NCBI GenBank assembly: GCA_002709695.1
Contig: PAQF01000078.1
Coordinates: 116,980-180,979 of the forward strand
DNA: 64,000 bases
Origin: Candidatus Poribacteria bacterium
GTDB lineage: Bacteria; Poribacteria; WGA-4E; UBA9662
Direction: 5' to 3'
This document shows, piece after piece, positions 20,329 through 30,004 of this stretch. The translations under genes were made by a program, and so were the position numbers. Position 1 is the stretch's first letter, and every line of letters begins with the position of its first letter. The notes beneath the pieces were generated by a model. The model saw nothing but the letters and a program-made list of their open reading frames with translations, was not told where the DNA came from and did no database searches.

Positions 20329-21750
20329 ATGTCTAGCCAAGAAATATGTTTTATGACAGCAGTAGAAATGGTGAATTGTCTTCGTTTTGGTGATCTGTCT
20401 GCCCGCCAGATAATGGTAGCCCATTTGGACCAGATTAAACGGATTAATCCAAAGGTTAATGCTATTGTTACCTTGTGTGCGGAGGAGGCTATGAAACAAG
20501 CTGCTGTTGCTGATGAAGCGCTTGTGCATAATAGGAAGGAGGTGGGACCTCTTCATGGTTTACCAATAGCACACAAAGATTTAACATTAACTAAGGGTAT
20601 TCAAACCACGTTTGGTTCACCTGTTTTTCAGGATTTTATTCCTGATCAAGATGGGTTGATTATAGAAAGATTGAAACAAGCAGGTGCGATTACTGTTGGG
20701 AAAACTAATACCCCTGAATTTGGCGCAGGATCTCAAACTTATAATGAGGTTTTCGGAGAGACCTTAAATCCTTATGATATAAGTAAAACTTGTGGTGGTA
20801 GTAGTGGTGGTGCAGCGGTAGCTCTTGCCTGTGGAATGCAACCTATCGCTGATGGGAGTGATATGGGGGGGTCACTCCGCAATCCGGCGAGCTTCTGTAA
20901 TGTTGTAGGGTTTCGACCTTCACCAGGCAGAGTGCCGGTTTGGCCGTCTCTCACGGGATGGTTCCCGATATCTGTACAAGGTCCTATGGCACGTACAGTT
21001 GCAGATGTGAGCTTAGTGCTGAGTGCTATTGCTGGGCCTGATCCTCGTTCACCAATTTCCATCTCAGAATCCGGTGATGTTTTTAAGCAATCTTTGGATA
21101 GAGATTTTTCCGGTGTACACATTGCATGGAGTCAGGACTTAGGCGAATTTCCAGTTGATAAGAGGATTACTAAAGCGATTGAAGGACAAAAATCCGTATT
21201 TGAGTCGATAGGTTGTGTCATAATTGATGACCAACCGGACTTTACAGATGCCGACGAAATTTTTAAAATATGGCGTGCGTGGCACTTCGAACTGGCTTAT
21301 GCTGAACTATTAGAAACGCATCGAGATCAGATCAAAGACACAGTCATCTGGAATATCGAAGAGGGGCAAAAACTTAGCGGGGTAGAGATCGGTCGCGCTG
21401 AAATTAAACGAACTCAGTTATACCAGCGAATTCGTGAGTTTATGGAAAAGAGCGAATTTCTGGTTCTGCCTGTTAGTCAAGTTCCTCCTTTTGATATAAG
21501 ACAACGTTATGTTACTGAAATTAATGGTGTTGATATGGAAACCTATATTGATTGGATGAAATCCTGTTATTACATTAGTATTACTGGTCTTCCTTCTATC
21601 TCAGTGCCCTGTGGATTTACTTCTGAAGGTTTACCTGTTGGTATTCAAATCGTCGGTCGTCATCAGGACGACTTTGGTGTCCTACAGCTTGCCTATGCCT
21701 TTGAGCAATCAACAGGTTTTTGGAAACAGAAGCCTACAATTGTGGCATAA
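20329..21750 (+). CDS. Amidase (amidase-signature family)
   Basis: GGSSGGAAVALACG with upstream Lys and Ser-cis-Ser context; 473 aa. Confidence 0.85.
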   Translation: MSSQEICFMTAVEMVNCLRFGDLSARQIMVAHLDQIKRINPKVNAIVTLCAEEAMKQAAVADEALVHNRKEVGPLHGLPIAHKDLTLTKGIQTTFGSPVFQDFIPDQDGLIIERLKQAGAITVGKTNTPEFGAGSQTYNEVFGETLNPYDISKTCGGSSGGAAVALACGMQPIADGSDMGGSLRNPASFCNVVGFRPSPGRVPVWPSLTGWFPISVQGPMARTVADVSLVLSAIAGPDPRSPISISESGDVFKQSLDRDFSGVHIAWSQDLGEFPVDKRITKAIEGQKSVFESIGCVIIDDQPDFTDADEIFKIWRAWHFELAYAELLETHRDQIKDTVIWNIEEGQKLSGVEIGRAEIKRTQLYQRIREFMEKSEFLVLPVSQVPPFDIRQRYVTEINGVDMETYIDWMKSCYYISITGLPSISVPCGFTSEGLPVGIQIVGRHQDDFGVLQLAYAFEQSTGFWKQKPTIVA

Positions 21751-23120
21751 TGCTGTTGAATGCACCCAACGAGAGTTTGTGTATGCATAATGATCGCCAG
21801 GTCACTCAATCTCTGAAGACCTATGAGCTCGCAGGTAAACTAATCCCTGGTTGGACACAACTTATAAGCCGACGTGCTAGTCAGTTTGCAAACGGTGTCA
21901 GTCCGATTTATGCACAGTGTGCTAAGGGGGCACGTTTTACTGATATTGATGGGAATAGTTATATTGATTGGGTTAGTGCTGTTGGTGCAATTATTTTAGG
22001 TCATGCTGATAAAGTCGTTGATCAAGCTGTAAAGGAGCAGATCAATCGCGGAAGTTTGTATTCTTTAAATAGTCCATTGGAAGTTGAATTGGCTGAGGAA
22101 TTGGTAGATACAATCCCCAGCGCAGAAATGGTTCGATATACTAAAGGAGGTGGAGAAGCATGTGCTGTTGCTGTTCGAATCGCTCGGGGAACTTCAGGTA
22201 GAGAAAAAATCCTATTCTGTGGTTATCATGGCTGGCACGATTGGTATCAAGCAGCCAATTACTTGGTAAACCCAGAAGATGGTGAGTTTCCATTTTCGGG
22301 AATTGAACCAATTGGTGTACCTCAAGTTTTGGCGAATACGGTCATCCCTTTTGCTTACGGAAATCTGACGATGTTAGAAGATCTCCTTAAAAACAACCAG
22401 AACCAAGTTGCAGCCATTATGATGGAACCAATTAGATCTGTACTGCCAGATCCCGGATATTTAGAAGGAGTAAAAGCATTAGCACAAGAACACGATGTTA
22501 TACTGATTTTTGATGAAGTGTCTTGTGGATGGAGACTGTCAATTGGTGGTGTTCAGAAATACCTTAATGTTGTTCCTGATATGACGGTTGTTGCTAAGGC
22601 TATGTCTAATGGGTATCCTATGGGAGCCGTAGTTGGTTTACGAAATGTAATGGAGCCAGCCGATCGAATGTTTATTTCTAGTTCTTACTGGAGTGATAAT
22701 ATTGGTTTGGTTGCAGCATTAACGACAATCCGAGAGCTGAAACAGCGTGATTCTGAAACTCGATTTAAAGAAATTGGAGATAAGCTAATCAAAGGTATTA
22801 ATGAAGCGATTACTGATCTTGGCCTCTCTGGTATGTGTTCGGGGCTTTATACTAATCCCACCATTAATTTAGATTTACCTGATGATACGCTAGGATCGAA
22901 AGTTAACACGCTGTTTATTCAAGAAATGTCATCCAGAGGAGTCCTTTGCTACACGTCATTGACACCAACCTTAGCCCATACTGAGGAAGATATTAATCTT
23001 ACGATCCAAGCGATTACTGATACTCTAGTAGTGATTCAGTCTGGTTTGGAATCTGGCGATATAGATAGTCTGCTGACATGCAATATTAAGAAAGATCCTT
23101 TCCGTCGATTGGTCAGATAA
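21750..23120 (+). CDS. Class III (omega) aminotransferase
   Basis: GARFTDIDGNSYIDW, FDEVSCGWRLSIGG, AKAMSNGYP (PLP Lys). Start chosen at ATG 21750 overlapping the amidase stop (TAATG). The track start at 21720 lies inside the amidase. Confidence 0.8.
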   Translation: MLLNAPNESLCMHNDRQVTQSLKTYELAGKLIPGWTQLISRRASQFANGVSPIYAQCAKGARFTDIDGNSYIDWVSAVGAIILGHADKVVDQAVKEQINRGSLYSLNSPLEVELAEELVDTIPSAEMVRYTKGGGEACAVAVRIARGTSGREKILFCGYHGWHDWYQAANYLVNPEDGEFPFSGIEPIGVPQVLANTVIPFAYGNLTMLEDLLKNNQNQVAAIMMEPIRSVLPDPGYLEGVKALAQEHDVILIFDEVSCGWRLSIGGVQKYLNVVPDMTVVAKAMSNGYPMGAVVGLRNVMEPADRMFISSSYWSDNIGLVAALTTIRELKQRDSETRFKEIGDKLIKGINEAITDLGLSGMCSGLYTNPTINLDLPDDTLGSKVNTLFIQEMSSRGVLCYTSLTPTLAHTEEDINLTIQAITDTLVVIQSGLESGDIDSLLTCNIKKDPFRRLVR

Positions 23121-23286
23121 ATCTGTACTTTGTTTCTCTGGATATGTACTTGAAAGTCGACTTTTATTTGTTACAGGGACCTTATTGTGATACAATAAAA
23201 TGCGTTAGTTAGGTGTTTTTTTTATTAAAACATCTGGCTGGTAGCAAAAGCTAAGTTATTATGAAAAGGCAGGAGGTTGTAAACTC

Positions 23287-23679
23287 GTGGGAAAAAGTGC
23301 CAAGGAGCTTGTTGAAGAAGCTAATTCGATGCTTAACGTAATTTCGGTTGAAGAGGCTCAATCGTTGGTTGGAAATTCAGATGTCGTTTTTGTCGATGTG
23401 CGAGATCCCGATTCGGTATCAGAAACTGGTATTATTCCAGGAGGAGTTAGTGCGCCGCGCGGACTACTTGAATTTCATGCGGATCCGGAATTTGAGGCTT
23501 TCCATAAACCAGAACTTGACCCAAATAAGCATATTGTGGTAACTTGTGGATTAGGTGGTCAAGCAGCATTATCTGGCAAAGTTCTGAAGGAAATGGGTTT
23601 TGAAAACGTTTCAAATATTGATGGTGGAATGGCTGCTTGGACGGAAGCAAATGCTCCAACCGAAGATTTCGAAGAATAA
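23287..23679 (+). CDS. Rhodanese-domain sulfurtransferase
   Basis: VFVDVRDPDS...VVTCGLGGQAALSGKVLKEMGFENVSNIDGGMAAW with active-site Cys in CGLGG; GTG start. Confidence 0.8.
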   Translation: MGKSAKELVEEANSMLNVISVEEAQSLVGNSDVVFVDVRDPDSVSETGIIPGGVSAPRGLLEFHADPEFEAFHKPELDPNKHIVVTCGLGGQAALSGKVLKEMGFENVSNIDGGMAAWTEANAPTEDFEE

Positions 23680-23703
23680 AAAAATAAGTTAGTACTGACT
23701 TTC

Positions 23704-23740
23704 AGCGTTGAAGTTTTTCATCTTCAACGCTATTTTTTTA
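23704..23740 (+). terminator. Rho-independent terminator after the rhodanese gene
   Basis: Perfect 10-bp stem AGCGTTGAAG / CTTCAACGCT with an 8-nt loop, followed by ATTTTTTTT. Confidence 0.7.
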
Positions 23741-23768
23741 ATTAAAATCTCTTTTACTGGGAGGAATT

Positions 23769-24359
23769 ATGGGCGGATTAGGTGAAAAAACGCTGTCGGT
23801 TGCAGACGTAATTCAGTCACGACGGACAATATTCAATTTCAAGTTGGAAAAACCTGAAAGAGAGGAAATCGAAGAGGTTTTGGCTTTTGGAATTTGGGCA
23901 CCCAATCACCGACTTACTGAACCATGGCGGTTTACCATAATTGGTGAAGGAAAGAAGCGAGTCTTAGCTGAACGATATCGTGAAATTCAAGTCGAAAAAG
24001 TTGTTGAGTATGCCGATGAACAGCAACAAATAAACGTTGGTCAAAAAGGGTATGACAAATTTATGTCAAAACCTGTTATTGTCGCGGTTTCCTATGTCAA
24101 ATCAGGTAACGATTTTGAGCAGCGGGAAGATTATGCTGCTACTTGTTGTGCTATTCAGAACATTCAATTGGTTGCATGGAGTCGCGGTATTGGTATGCAA
24201 TGGAGCACGGGACCAATTACTCGTGAGGTAGAAACAAATACTCTGTTAGGAATTAGTCACGAGGAAGAAATAATCGGTTTTTTGTACACAGGCTATCCCG
24301 CAGAAATACCAAAAGCTAGGCGGAAATTGTTCAGCGAACTATTCCGCGTTACGGATTGA
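23769..24359 (+). CDS. Nitroreductase-family NAD(P)H oxidoreductase
   Basis: RRTIFNFKLEKPEREEIEEVLAFGIWAPNHRLTEPWRFTII; 196 aa. Confidence 0.8.
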   Translation: MGGLGEKTLSVADVIQSRRTIFNFKLEKPEREEIEEVLAFGIWAPNHRLTEPWRFTIIGEGKKRVLAERYREIQVEKVVEYADEQQQINVGQKGYDKFMSKPVIVAVSYVKSGNDFEQREDYAATCCAIQNIQLVAWSRGIGMQWSTGPITREVETNTLLGISHEEEIIGFLYTGYPAEIPKARRKLFSELFRVTD

Positions 24360-24531
24360 AGCTAAGAAAGCTCGAAAGTAAAAATTCCCTAAAAAATATT
24401 GTATGATTATCATTTAACGAGCTGTACGGCTCCAATTTATTTGATATTCTTTATTATAAATGTTATCATCCGCAGTTTAGCATAGGATTATGATTTTAAA
24501 TTAGTTTGATTTAGATGGAGAAAAGTGACTT

Positions 24532-25146
24532 ATGAGCCGGTATACTGGACCGAAAGTTAAAAAGCTTCGTGCCTTTGGCGTTGATTTGCCTGGACTCTCT
24601 CGCAAATCGCAAAGAGATCGACCGTATGTTCCTGGCGAACACGGTCAAAGTTTTCGTCGAAAACCATCTCCTTATGGTGAGAGATTAATTGAAAAACAAA
24701 AGGTCCGATTTAACTATGGGCTGAGTGAGAAGCAGATGCGGCGACTCATGTCGGAAGCTCGTCGAAGTCAAATGGCTGCAGGCGATAAATTAATGGAATT
24801 ACTTGAACGCCGTTTGGATAATGTTGTCTTTCGTTCGGGGTTCGCACCGACAATTCCAGCTGCACGTCAATTAGTAAATCATGGGCATTTCACTGTTAAT
24901 GGTAAAAAGGTAAATATTCCGTCTTATCGCGTTGATACTGGCGATATAATTGCTCCTCGTCAGAAAAGCATGAACTTGGAATGCATTGAGGTATCGCTTG
25001 AAAACCCGCCACTCTCAAGCACCGATTGGATTGGATTAGATGCAGACAAAAAAACCGCTTCCGTCAATTCGTTACCGACAATCGAGGCTGTCCCTTTTCC
25101 ACTGGATATCCAATTAGTTGTTGAATATTACTCGAGACTGCTATAA
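24532..25146 (+). CDS. rpsD: 30S ribosomal protein S4
   Basis: MSRYTGPKVKKLRAFGVDLPGLSRKS...RPYVPGEHGQ; the S4 domain VVFRSGFAPTIPAARQLVNHGHFTVNGKKVNIPSYRV. Confidence 0.95.
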   Translation: MSRYTGPKVKKLRAFGVDLPGLSRKSQRDRPYVPGEHGQSFRRKPSPYGERLIEKQKVRFNYGLSEKQMRRLMSEARRSQMAAGDKLMELLERRLDNVVFRSGFAPTIPAARQLVNHGHFTVNGKKVNIPSYRVDTGDIIAPRQKSMNLECIEVSLENPPLSSTDWIGLDADKKTASVNSLPTIEAVPFPLDIQLVVEYYSRLL

Positions 25147-25168
25147 ATGGAGAGAACTAGATCTCCAT
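25147..25168. terminator. Possible bidirectional terminator hairpin between convergent rpsD and the TPR gene
   Basis: ATGGAGA / TCTCCAT 7-bp stem with an 8-nt loop, followed by a T-rich run. Confidence 0.35.
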
Positions 25169-25175
25169 TACTGCT

Positions 25176-26261
25176 TTATTGATTTTCTAACTCCATATTT
25201 TTGATTTCATCTTCGAGGGTTTTAATTTCTGCTAATATTCCCACGTCGGATTCTAGTTCATAAGCCTTCTGATAAGCCGCTAGAGCAGCTTCAGGATCAT
25301 CTAAGAACGATCTCTGGATTTGACCAATCCACTGCCAAGCATCGACTTCGCTAGGATCCAATTCTACAATCTTCTGGTAGATATTAAGTGCTTGGTCATA
25401 GGATCGGGTGCCTCTCGCTCGTCCCGCAATTGAGGCTTGTCGATATAATAGCCCTATCAGTTCTTGACGTGCTTCTACAAAGTGTTCGTTAATATGGACA
25501 GCATCTTCGAGGATCGCAATGGCTTGTTTTTCCATTTTTTCTATCTCAGTTGCGTCAGGTATGTTTTCCTGACCTAAATTTTGATAACCTTGAAGTATTT
25601 GTCGATAAGTCCGCGATAATTGCATCCTTGCGAGTTGTCCTACTGCTGCTAGCTCAAACGGTTGGTGGATCATTTGTAGGTCGTACTGAATTGCTTGCTG
25701 ATAGTGATCAATTGCTTGTTCGAATTGGCGAGCTCCTTGGTATAAAACTCCAAGTAGATAATGAGCCTCAAAATTTTTAGGGTCCTTTTTAATTACTGCT
25801 AAGAATTCCTGTGTTGCTAAGGCCCTTTGCCCATTATCCTTATATAGTTCACCTTGAAGCAATCGTAGTTCTGTATTGTTTCGGTCTATTTCTGCTGCGC
25901 GAGCCAAATGGTCTAGCGCATCCTTGTTCCAATTGCTTCTAAAGTAAATTTCAGAGATACGTAATCTTGCATGAAGTAATTTTTGGGGTTCTTTTTGACT
26001 TTCCATGTGGGTAATGGTTTCCCAATACTTTACTAGTGCTCTAGGCAAGTCCTGTGTCTTGTATAATTGATCTGCTTTCTCTATTAGTTGATCTAAGTCT
26101 GGATTTTCTCCATAGTTTTGATTTGTGTAGGAATTCGTTATATTAACAAAAATGATTACAAAGAAAATGAACACAGCGAATATCTCGAAATAAATGAGCC
26201 ATTTTCTCGTGTTTGTCATTTCGTCAATCATCCTAGTTTCTGAATCAATTTTTCCAAACAA
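25176..26261 (-). CDS. TPR-repeat protein with N-terminal membrane anchor
   Basis: Hydrophobic segment LIYFEIFAVFIFFVIIFV followed by multiple 34-residue TPR-like repeats (AxxxYxxAI motifs). Confidence 0.7.
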   Translation of the reverse strand: MFGKIDSETRMIDEMTNTRKWLIYFEIFAVFIFFVIIFVNITNSYTNQNYGENPDLDQLIEKADQLYKTQDLPRALVKYWETITHMESQKEPQKLLHARLRISEIYFRSNWNKDALDHLARAAEIDRNNTELRLLQGELYKDNGQRALATQEFLAVIKKDPKNFEAHYLLGVLYQGARQFEQAIDHYQQAIQYDLQMIHQPFELAAVGQLARMQLSRTYRQILQGYQNLGQENIPDATEIEKMEKQAIAILEDAVHINEHFVEARQELIGLLYRQASIAGRARGTRSYDQALNIYQKIVELDPSEVDAWQWIGQIQRSFLDDPEAALAAYQKAYELESDVGILAEIKTLEDEIKNMELENQ

Positions 26262-28155
26262 GTCCTTGGTCTAAAAATTCGATGAATCGTTTTTTATTAC
26301 GTGTTAAGCCTGGGAACCTGGTAATCTCACGATCTTCGGGAGATAGCACAACGTAAAATGGCAAAGCTGTTGTTCCAAATCGATCTATTTCCATCTGTTG
26401 ATTTTTATCTTTGTCTGCTCCGCCATCTGTAAACAACTCTATAAGTACAAACTGTTTTAAACGAGATGAAATTTTGGGATCCTTAAACATGTTAGATTCC
26501 ATCCAGCGACAGTTAGTACATGTATAACCAGTAAAATTCACAAACATTGGTTTGCCCGTTTTTTTCGATTGCTTGAGACCTTCCTCGAATTTCATAACCC
26601 AATCCAAACTATTATCTGATGTCTCAGTATTAGGTTTATGAGAGCGGCTTTGTAAATCTAGTGGCAGATAAGCATCAATAAGGCTATGTAGAGGATGTCC
26701 TGTTAAGCCTTTTGACATATAGATGGCAAATGTAAACAGGACTATGCTGAGGATCAAACGAGGCGCACTAATAGTTTCTAGTTCCGAATCATGTGGTAAA
26801 CGAAGTTTGCCAATCAAATATAGACCGGTTAGGAACGCGATCACTATCCATATAGAAAGTACGCTAGATCGAGTGAAAATTCCCCAATTCCATACTAAAT
26901 CTACATTGCTAAGAAATTTGCATGATGCGGCAAGTTCAAGGAATCCCATTACTACTTTTATTGAGTTGAGCCAGCCTCCACTCTTAGGCATTTTTGCCAA
27001 ATATTGAGGGAAGAGTGCCAGCAAGAAAAACGGAACAGCAAATGCTGTTGAAAAAAACAACATTCCAATCAGTGGCCACAGCCAATTTCCTTGAACTGCT
27101 GCAACTAAGAGTAAACCGACAAATTGTACAGTACAAGTGAAAGAGGTCAAGGTAAAAGTCAGCGCCATAAAGAGAGTGCCTACATATCCACCTCTTCCTT
27201 CTTGTGTGGATGAAAATTGCCTAAGAGCTGTGGGGAGTTGGATTTCATACATACCGAAAAGCGAAAATGCAAAGTATACAAAGAGAAAGCCGATAAAAAG
27301 ATTGACCCAAGGACTGGCAGCTAGCTGATTAGCCCCTGAAGCTCCCAGTGTTATGGCTAATATCAATCCTAATATAGTATAAGTAATAATAATACCTGCA
27401 GAATAAATGAAAGCTTGAGCGAGTGTTTTCCCTTCTTCATGTTCACCTCGTTTAATAAAATAGGATACAGTAATAGGAACCATAGGAAACACACACGGAG
27501 TTAGTAATGAGAGAAAACCCATGGATAGGGAAAGAAGAATAAAAGATTTTATTCCCTTGGCTATGATATTATCCAGGTCAATTTTATCGTCGCCAACAGT
27601 AACATCTGTTTCCATCAACTTGTTCTTCTCATTTCTGGGGTTGCCTTCTTCCACTAACAAAGCAACAATCATTTTTGTGGTCTTTGGAGGGTAACAGATG
27701 TGTGGGTCACAAGCTTGATATAAAAGTTCTACGATAAGCGAATATTTACCGGGATTTAAGGTGGGAATAAGCTTAATAGGTGTTTCGAATACAACAGTTC
27801 CTTCATGAAAATAAACATCAATTTGAAACCCTTCATCATATTTGGTTGCAGGTATCGGTTCTAAAGTTTTGCCAAGAGAACTGACTAAGTTCTCGGGCTT
27901 AATAGTCACCTTTGAGGCGACAGGTCCTACACTTTGTTTATTAGCGGCATAAATGTAGAATCCTGATTTAATTAGAGCCTTAGTTTTTACTGTAACTATC
28001 TCTCCTGCTCGAGCAACAGATGGGTTGATTTCTGCCTCAGCAGTTACAACGGAGTCGACTGTGGTAAAGGGGGTAAATTGCCCAATAGCCAATGGTGCTG
28101 TGGTCACCAAAATCAATAATGCTAGTTGAGGGTACTTTTTTTTATGGATATTCAA
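26245..28155 (-). CDS. dsbD: Thiol:disulfide interchange protein DsbD (protein-disulfide reductase)
   Basis: Signal peptide, periplasmic N-terminal domain, multi-helix core with conserved Cys (LLTPCVFPMVPI), and C-terminal thioredoxin fold with CTNCRWME (CxxC). Confidence 0.85.
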   Translation of the reverse strand: MNIHKKKYPQLALLILVTTAPLAIGQFTPFTTVDSVVTAEAEINPSVARAGEIVTVKTKALIKSGFYIYAANKQSVGPVASKVTIKPENLVSSLGKTLEPIPATKYDEGFQIDVYFHEGTVVFETPIKLIPTLNPGKYSLIVELLYQACDPHICYPPKTTKMIVALLVEEGNPRNEKNKLMETDVTVGDDKIDLDNIIAKGIKSFILLSLSMGFLSLLTPCVFPMVPITVSYFIKRGEHEEGKTLAQAFIYSAGIIITYTILGLILAITLGASGANQLAASPWVNLFIGFLFVYFAFSLFGMYEIQLPTALRQFSSTQEGRGGYVGTLFMALTFTLTSFTCTVQFVGLLLVAAVQGNWLWPLIGMLFFSTAFAVPFFLLALFPQYLAKMPKSGGWLNSIKVVMGFLELAASCKFLSNVDLVWNWGIFTRSSVLSIWIVIAFLTGLYLIGKLRLPHDSELETISAPRLILSIVLFTFAIYMSKGLTGHPLHSLIDAYLPLDLQSRSHKPNTETSDNSLDWVMKFEEGLKQSKKTGKPMFVNFTGYTCTNCRWMESNMFKDPKISSRLKQFVLIELFTDGGADKDKNQQMEIDRFGTTALPFYVVLSPEDREITRFPGLTRNKKRFIEFLDQGLVWKN

Positions 28156-28750
28156 TTGTACTCTGAACCGATTTCTTTTTTCTTATAGTTGTTGTGTTGA
28201 TAATTTCTAGGGTTGCACTCTGAATCTCTGCTCGGTATCGTAATCCAGCGGAGGTCGATTGTCGAAGGCTAGATAAAAGTGTAGTTTCAAGTTCTTCTAT
28301 TGTTGCCCACCGTGCGTCAGAAATTTCCTGTTGATCTATCGGGTTAATATCGTTAGTTGTGGCTTTAGCAGTAAATACGTGGGTTATCCAGTTGACAACT
28401 TGATCCTCAAAATAGAAATCGACATATGTCTTAAGGACGTATTTTTCTATTTTGATATGTAGTCCTGTTTCTTCGTAGATCTCGCGTTTGATACCGCTTT
28501 CAAAATCTTCTCCAGGTTCAATTCCACCACTGGGGGGGCGATAGATTTCTTCCGGATAACTGGGTTTCCGAATTACAGCCACATTAGAATTGTGGAAGAC
28601 AAATGGTGTAATATCGTGTGCTCGTCCTTTTCTCATACTCCATTTGAGCAAATCGAATTCGATTTTGTTCATTGCACACGTAGTATGATATGTTTGAGGC
28701 TGACCATATTTCTGTTCAATTTTATCTAGGATTTGCTGTGTAATATACAT
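28142..28750 (-). CDS. NUDIX hydrolase
   Basis: Nudix box GGIEPGEDFESGIKREIYEETG. Confidence 0.8.
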   Translation of the reverse strand: MYITQQILDKIEQKYGQPQTYHTTCAMNKIEFDLLKWSMRKGRAHDITPFVFHNSNVAVIRKPSYPEEIYRPPSGGIEPGEDFESGIKREIYEETGLHIKIEKYVLKTYVDFYFEDQVVNWITHVFTAKATTNDINPIDQQEISDARWATIEELETTLLSSLRQSTSAGLRYRAEIQSATLEIINTTTIRKKKSVQSTIEYP

Positions 28751-30004
28751 TCAGATACCCGCAACAAAACGACCAGGGTTTAATACATTAGCCGGATCAA
28801 GCTCAGACTTGATTTGTGTCATCAGTTGTGATTTCTGTCCAACTTCACCCCAAACATCCATAAGATTTTTTAACCCAAGTGGTGCAATTTCGAGGATGAG
28901 GTTACCTTGTATATTAACAGCTTGTTTTCTTAGTACAGTGAGGGTGTTTGCGAGCAAACCAATCTGTTCTTCAGTGAAATCGGACAAAATAAGATAAACT
29001 ATACCGTTACCAATGTGAGACATGACATATGTGGAAAATGGACTGGTTAGATCTAAAACACTTGAAATAAAATTACCGACATTAGATGGCTTGATATTTA
29101 TGCGAGAAACGACCGCCGAGTTTGACCCGTTCCCTTCTGGGAAAGCACACAAACTAGATCTTAATTGTGATTGTTTGTGATCTTGGTAGACTTCTTTTTG
29201 AACGACGCCATTTAGATTTGCTATTGAATTGATCTGATCAATTTGCCAGGCAACTGTTTTTGGATGCCCGTCAATTCCAATCAGAAGACATGGTTCGAGA
29301 ACCTCAGTGTCAGGAATGCCTGCAGAAAAAAAACTGACAAATACTGGTAACAACTGCGACTTTACGATCTCCGTGGATGTCCGAAGAGCATGTCCATGTT
29401 GATTGAAATTTAGTAGCATGGTTCGTTCAACCGCAGGTTTAGGGAAAAGTTTAAATGATACTTCCGTAATAATGCCCAGAGTGCCGTAGGATGCGATATA
29501 CAATTTGTTTATATCATAACCAGCAACATTTTTAACGACTTTTCCCCCTGCCTTAATTATTGTGCCATTAGTTTGAACAACACGCAGGCCCAGAATTAAA
29601 TCTCTTGTCGCGCCATAACGCAATCTATGGGGGCCACTAGAGTTTGTGGCAACAATTCCTCCGACTGTTGCTTCATTATTATAGGGTGGATTTGTTGGTA
29701 GCAATTGGTTATTATCAGCTAGAATTTTCTGCACATCCTTCAACAACATACCAGAACCCACAGTAATTGTTAAATCATCTGGTATGTATTCAACAACTTT
29801 GTTGAATTTTTTCATTGTTAGCAGGAAATCTATTTGGGGTGGAGGGTTACCAATTGAAAGTTTTGAGCCACTTCCCGCAGGAATAACCGACAATTTTTCT
29901 TTGGTTACGTGTCTTAAAAAACTTTGTATTTCGCTGACTGATGAAGGTATGGTAACCTCCTTTGGTATTACACCATCGATCTTGCTAAAGTTTGTGTTTT
30001 GCAT
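28751..30004 (-). CDS. FAD-binding PCMH-type oxidase (GlcE-like subunit)
   Basis: FAD-binding 4 domain (VIPAGSGSKLSIG..., GGIVATNSSGPHRLRYGATRD), 417 aa. Confidence 0.75.
   Translation of the reverse strand: MQNTNFSKIDGVIPKEVTIPSSVSEIQSFLRHVTKEKLSVIPAGSGSKLSIGNPPPQIDFLLTMKKFNKVVEYIPDDLTITVGSGMLLKDVQKILADNNQLLPTNPPYNNEATVGGIVATNSSGPHRLRYGATRDLILGLRVVQTNGTIIKAGGKVVKNVAGYDINKLYIASYGTLGIITEVSFKLFPKPAVERTMLLNFNQHGHALRTSTEIVKSQLLPVFVSFFSAGIPDTEVLEPCLLIGIDGHPKTVAWQIDQINSIANLNGVVQKEVYQDHKQSQLRSSLCAFPEGNGSNSAVVSRINIKPSNVGNFISSVLDLTSPFSTYVMSHIGNGIVYLILSDFTEEQIGLLANTLTVLRKQAVNIQGNLILEIAPLGLKNLMDVWGEVGQKSQLMTQIKSELDPANVLNPGRFVAGI

Noticed and set aside
20772-21122. 116-aa antisense ORF inside the amidase gene
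   Set aside because: It lies entirely within a well-supported amidase reading frame, and its Pro/Ala/Gly-rich composition is typical of antisense-strand translation.
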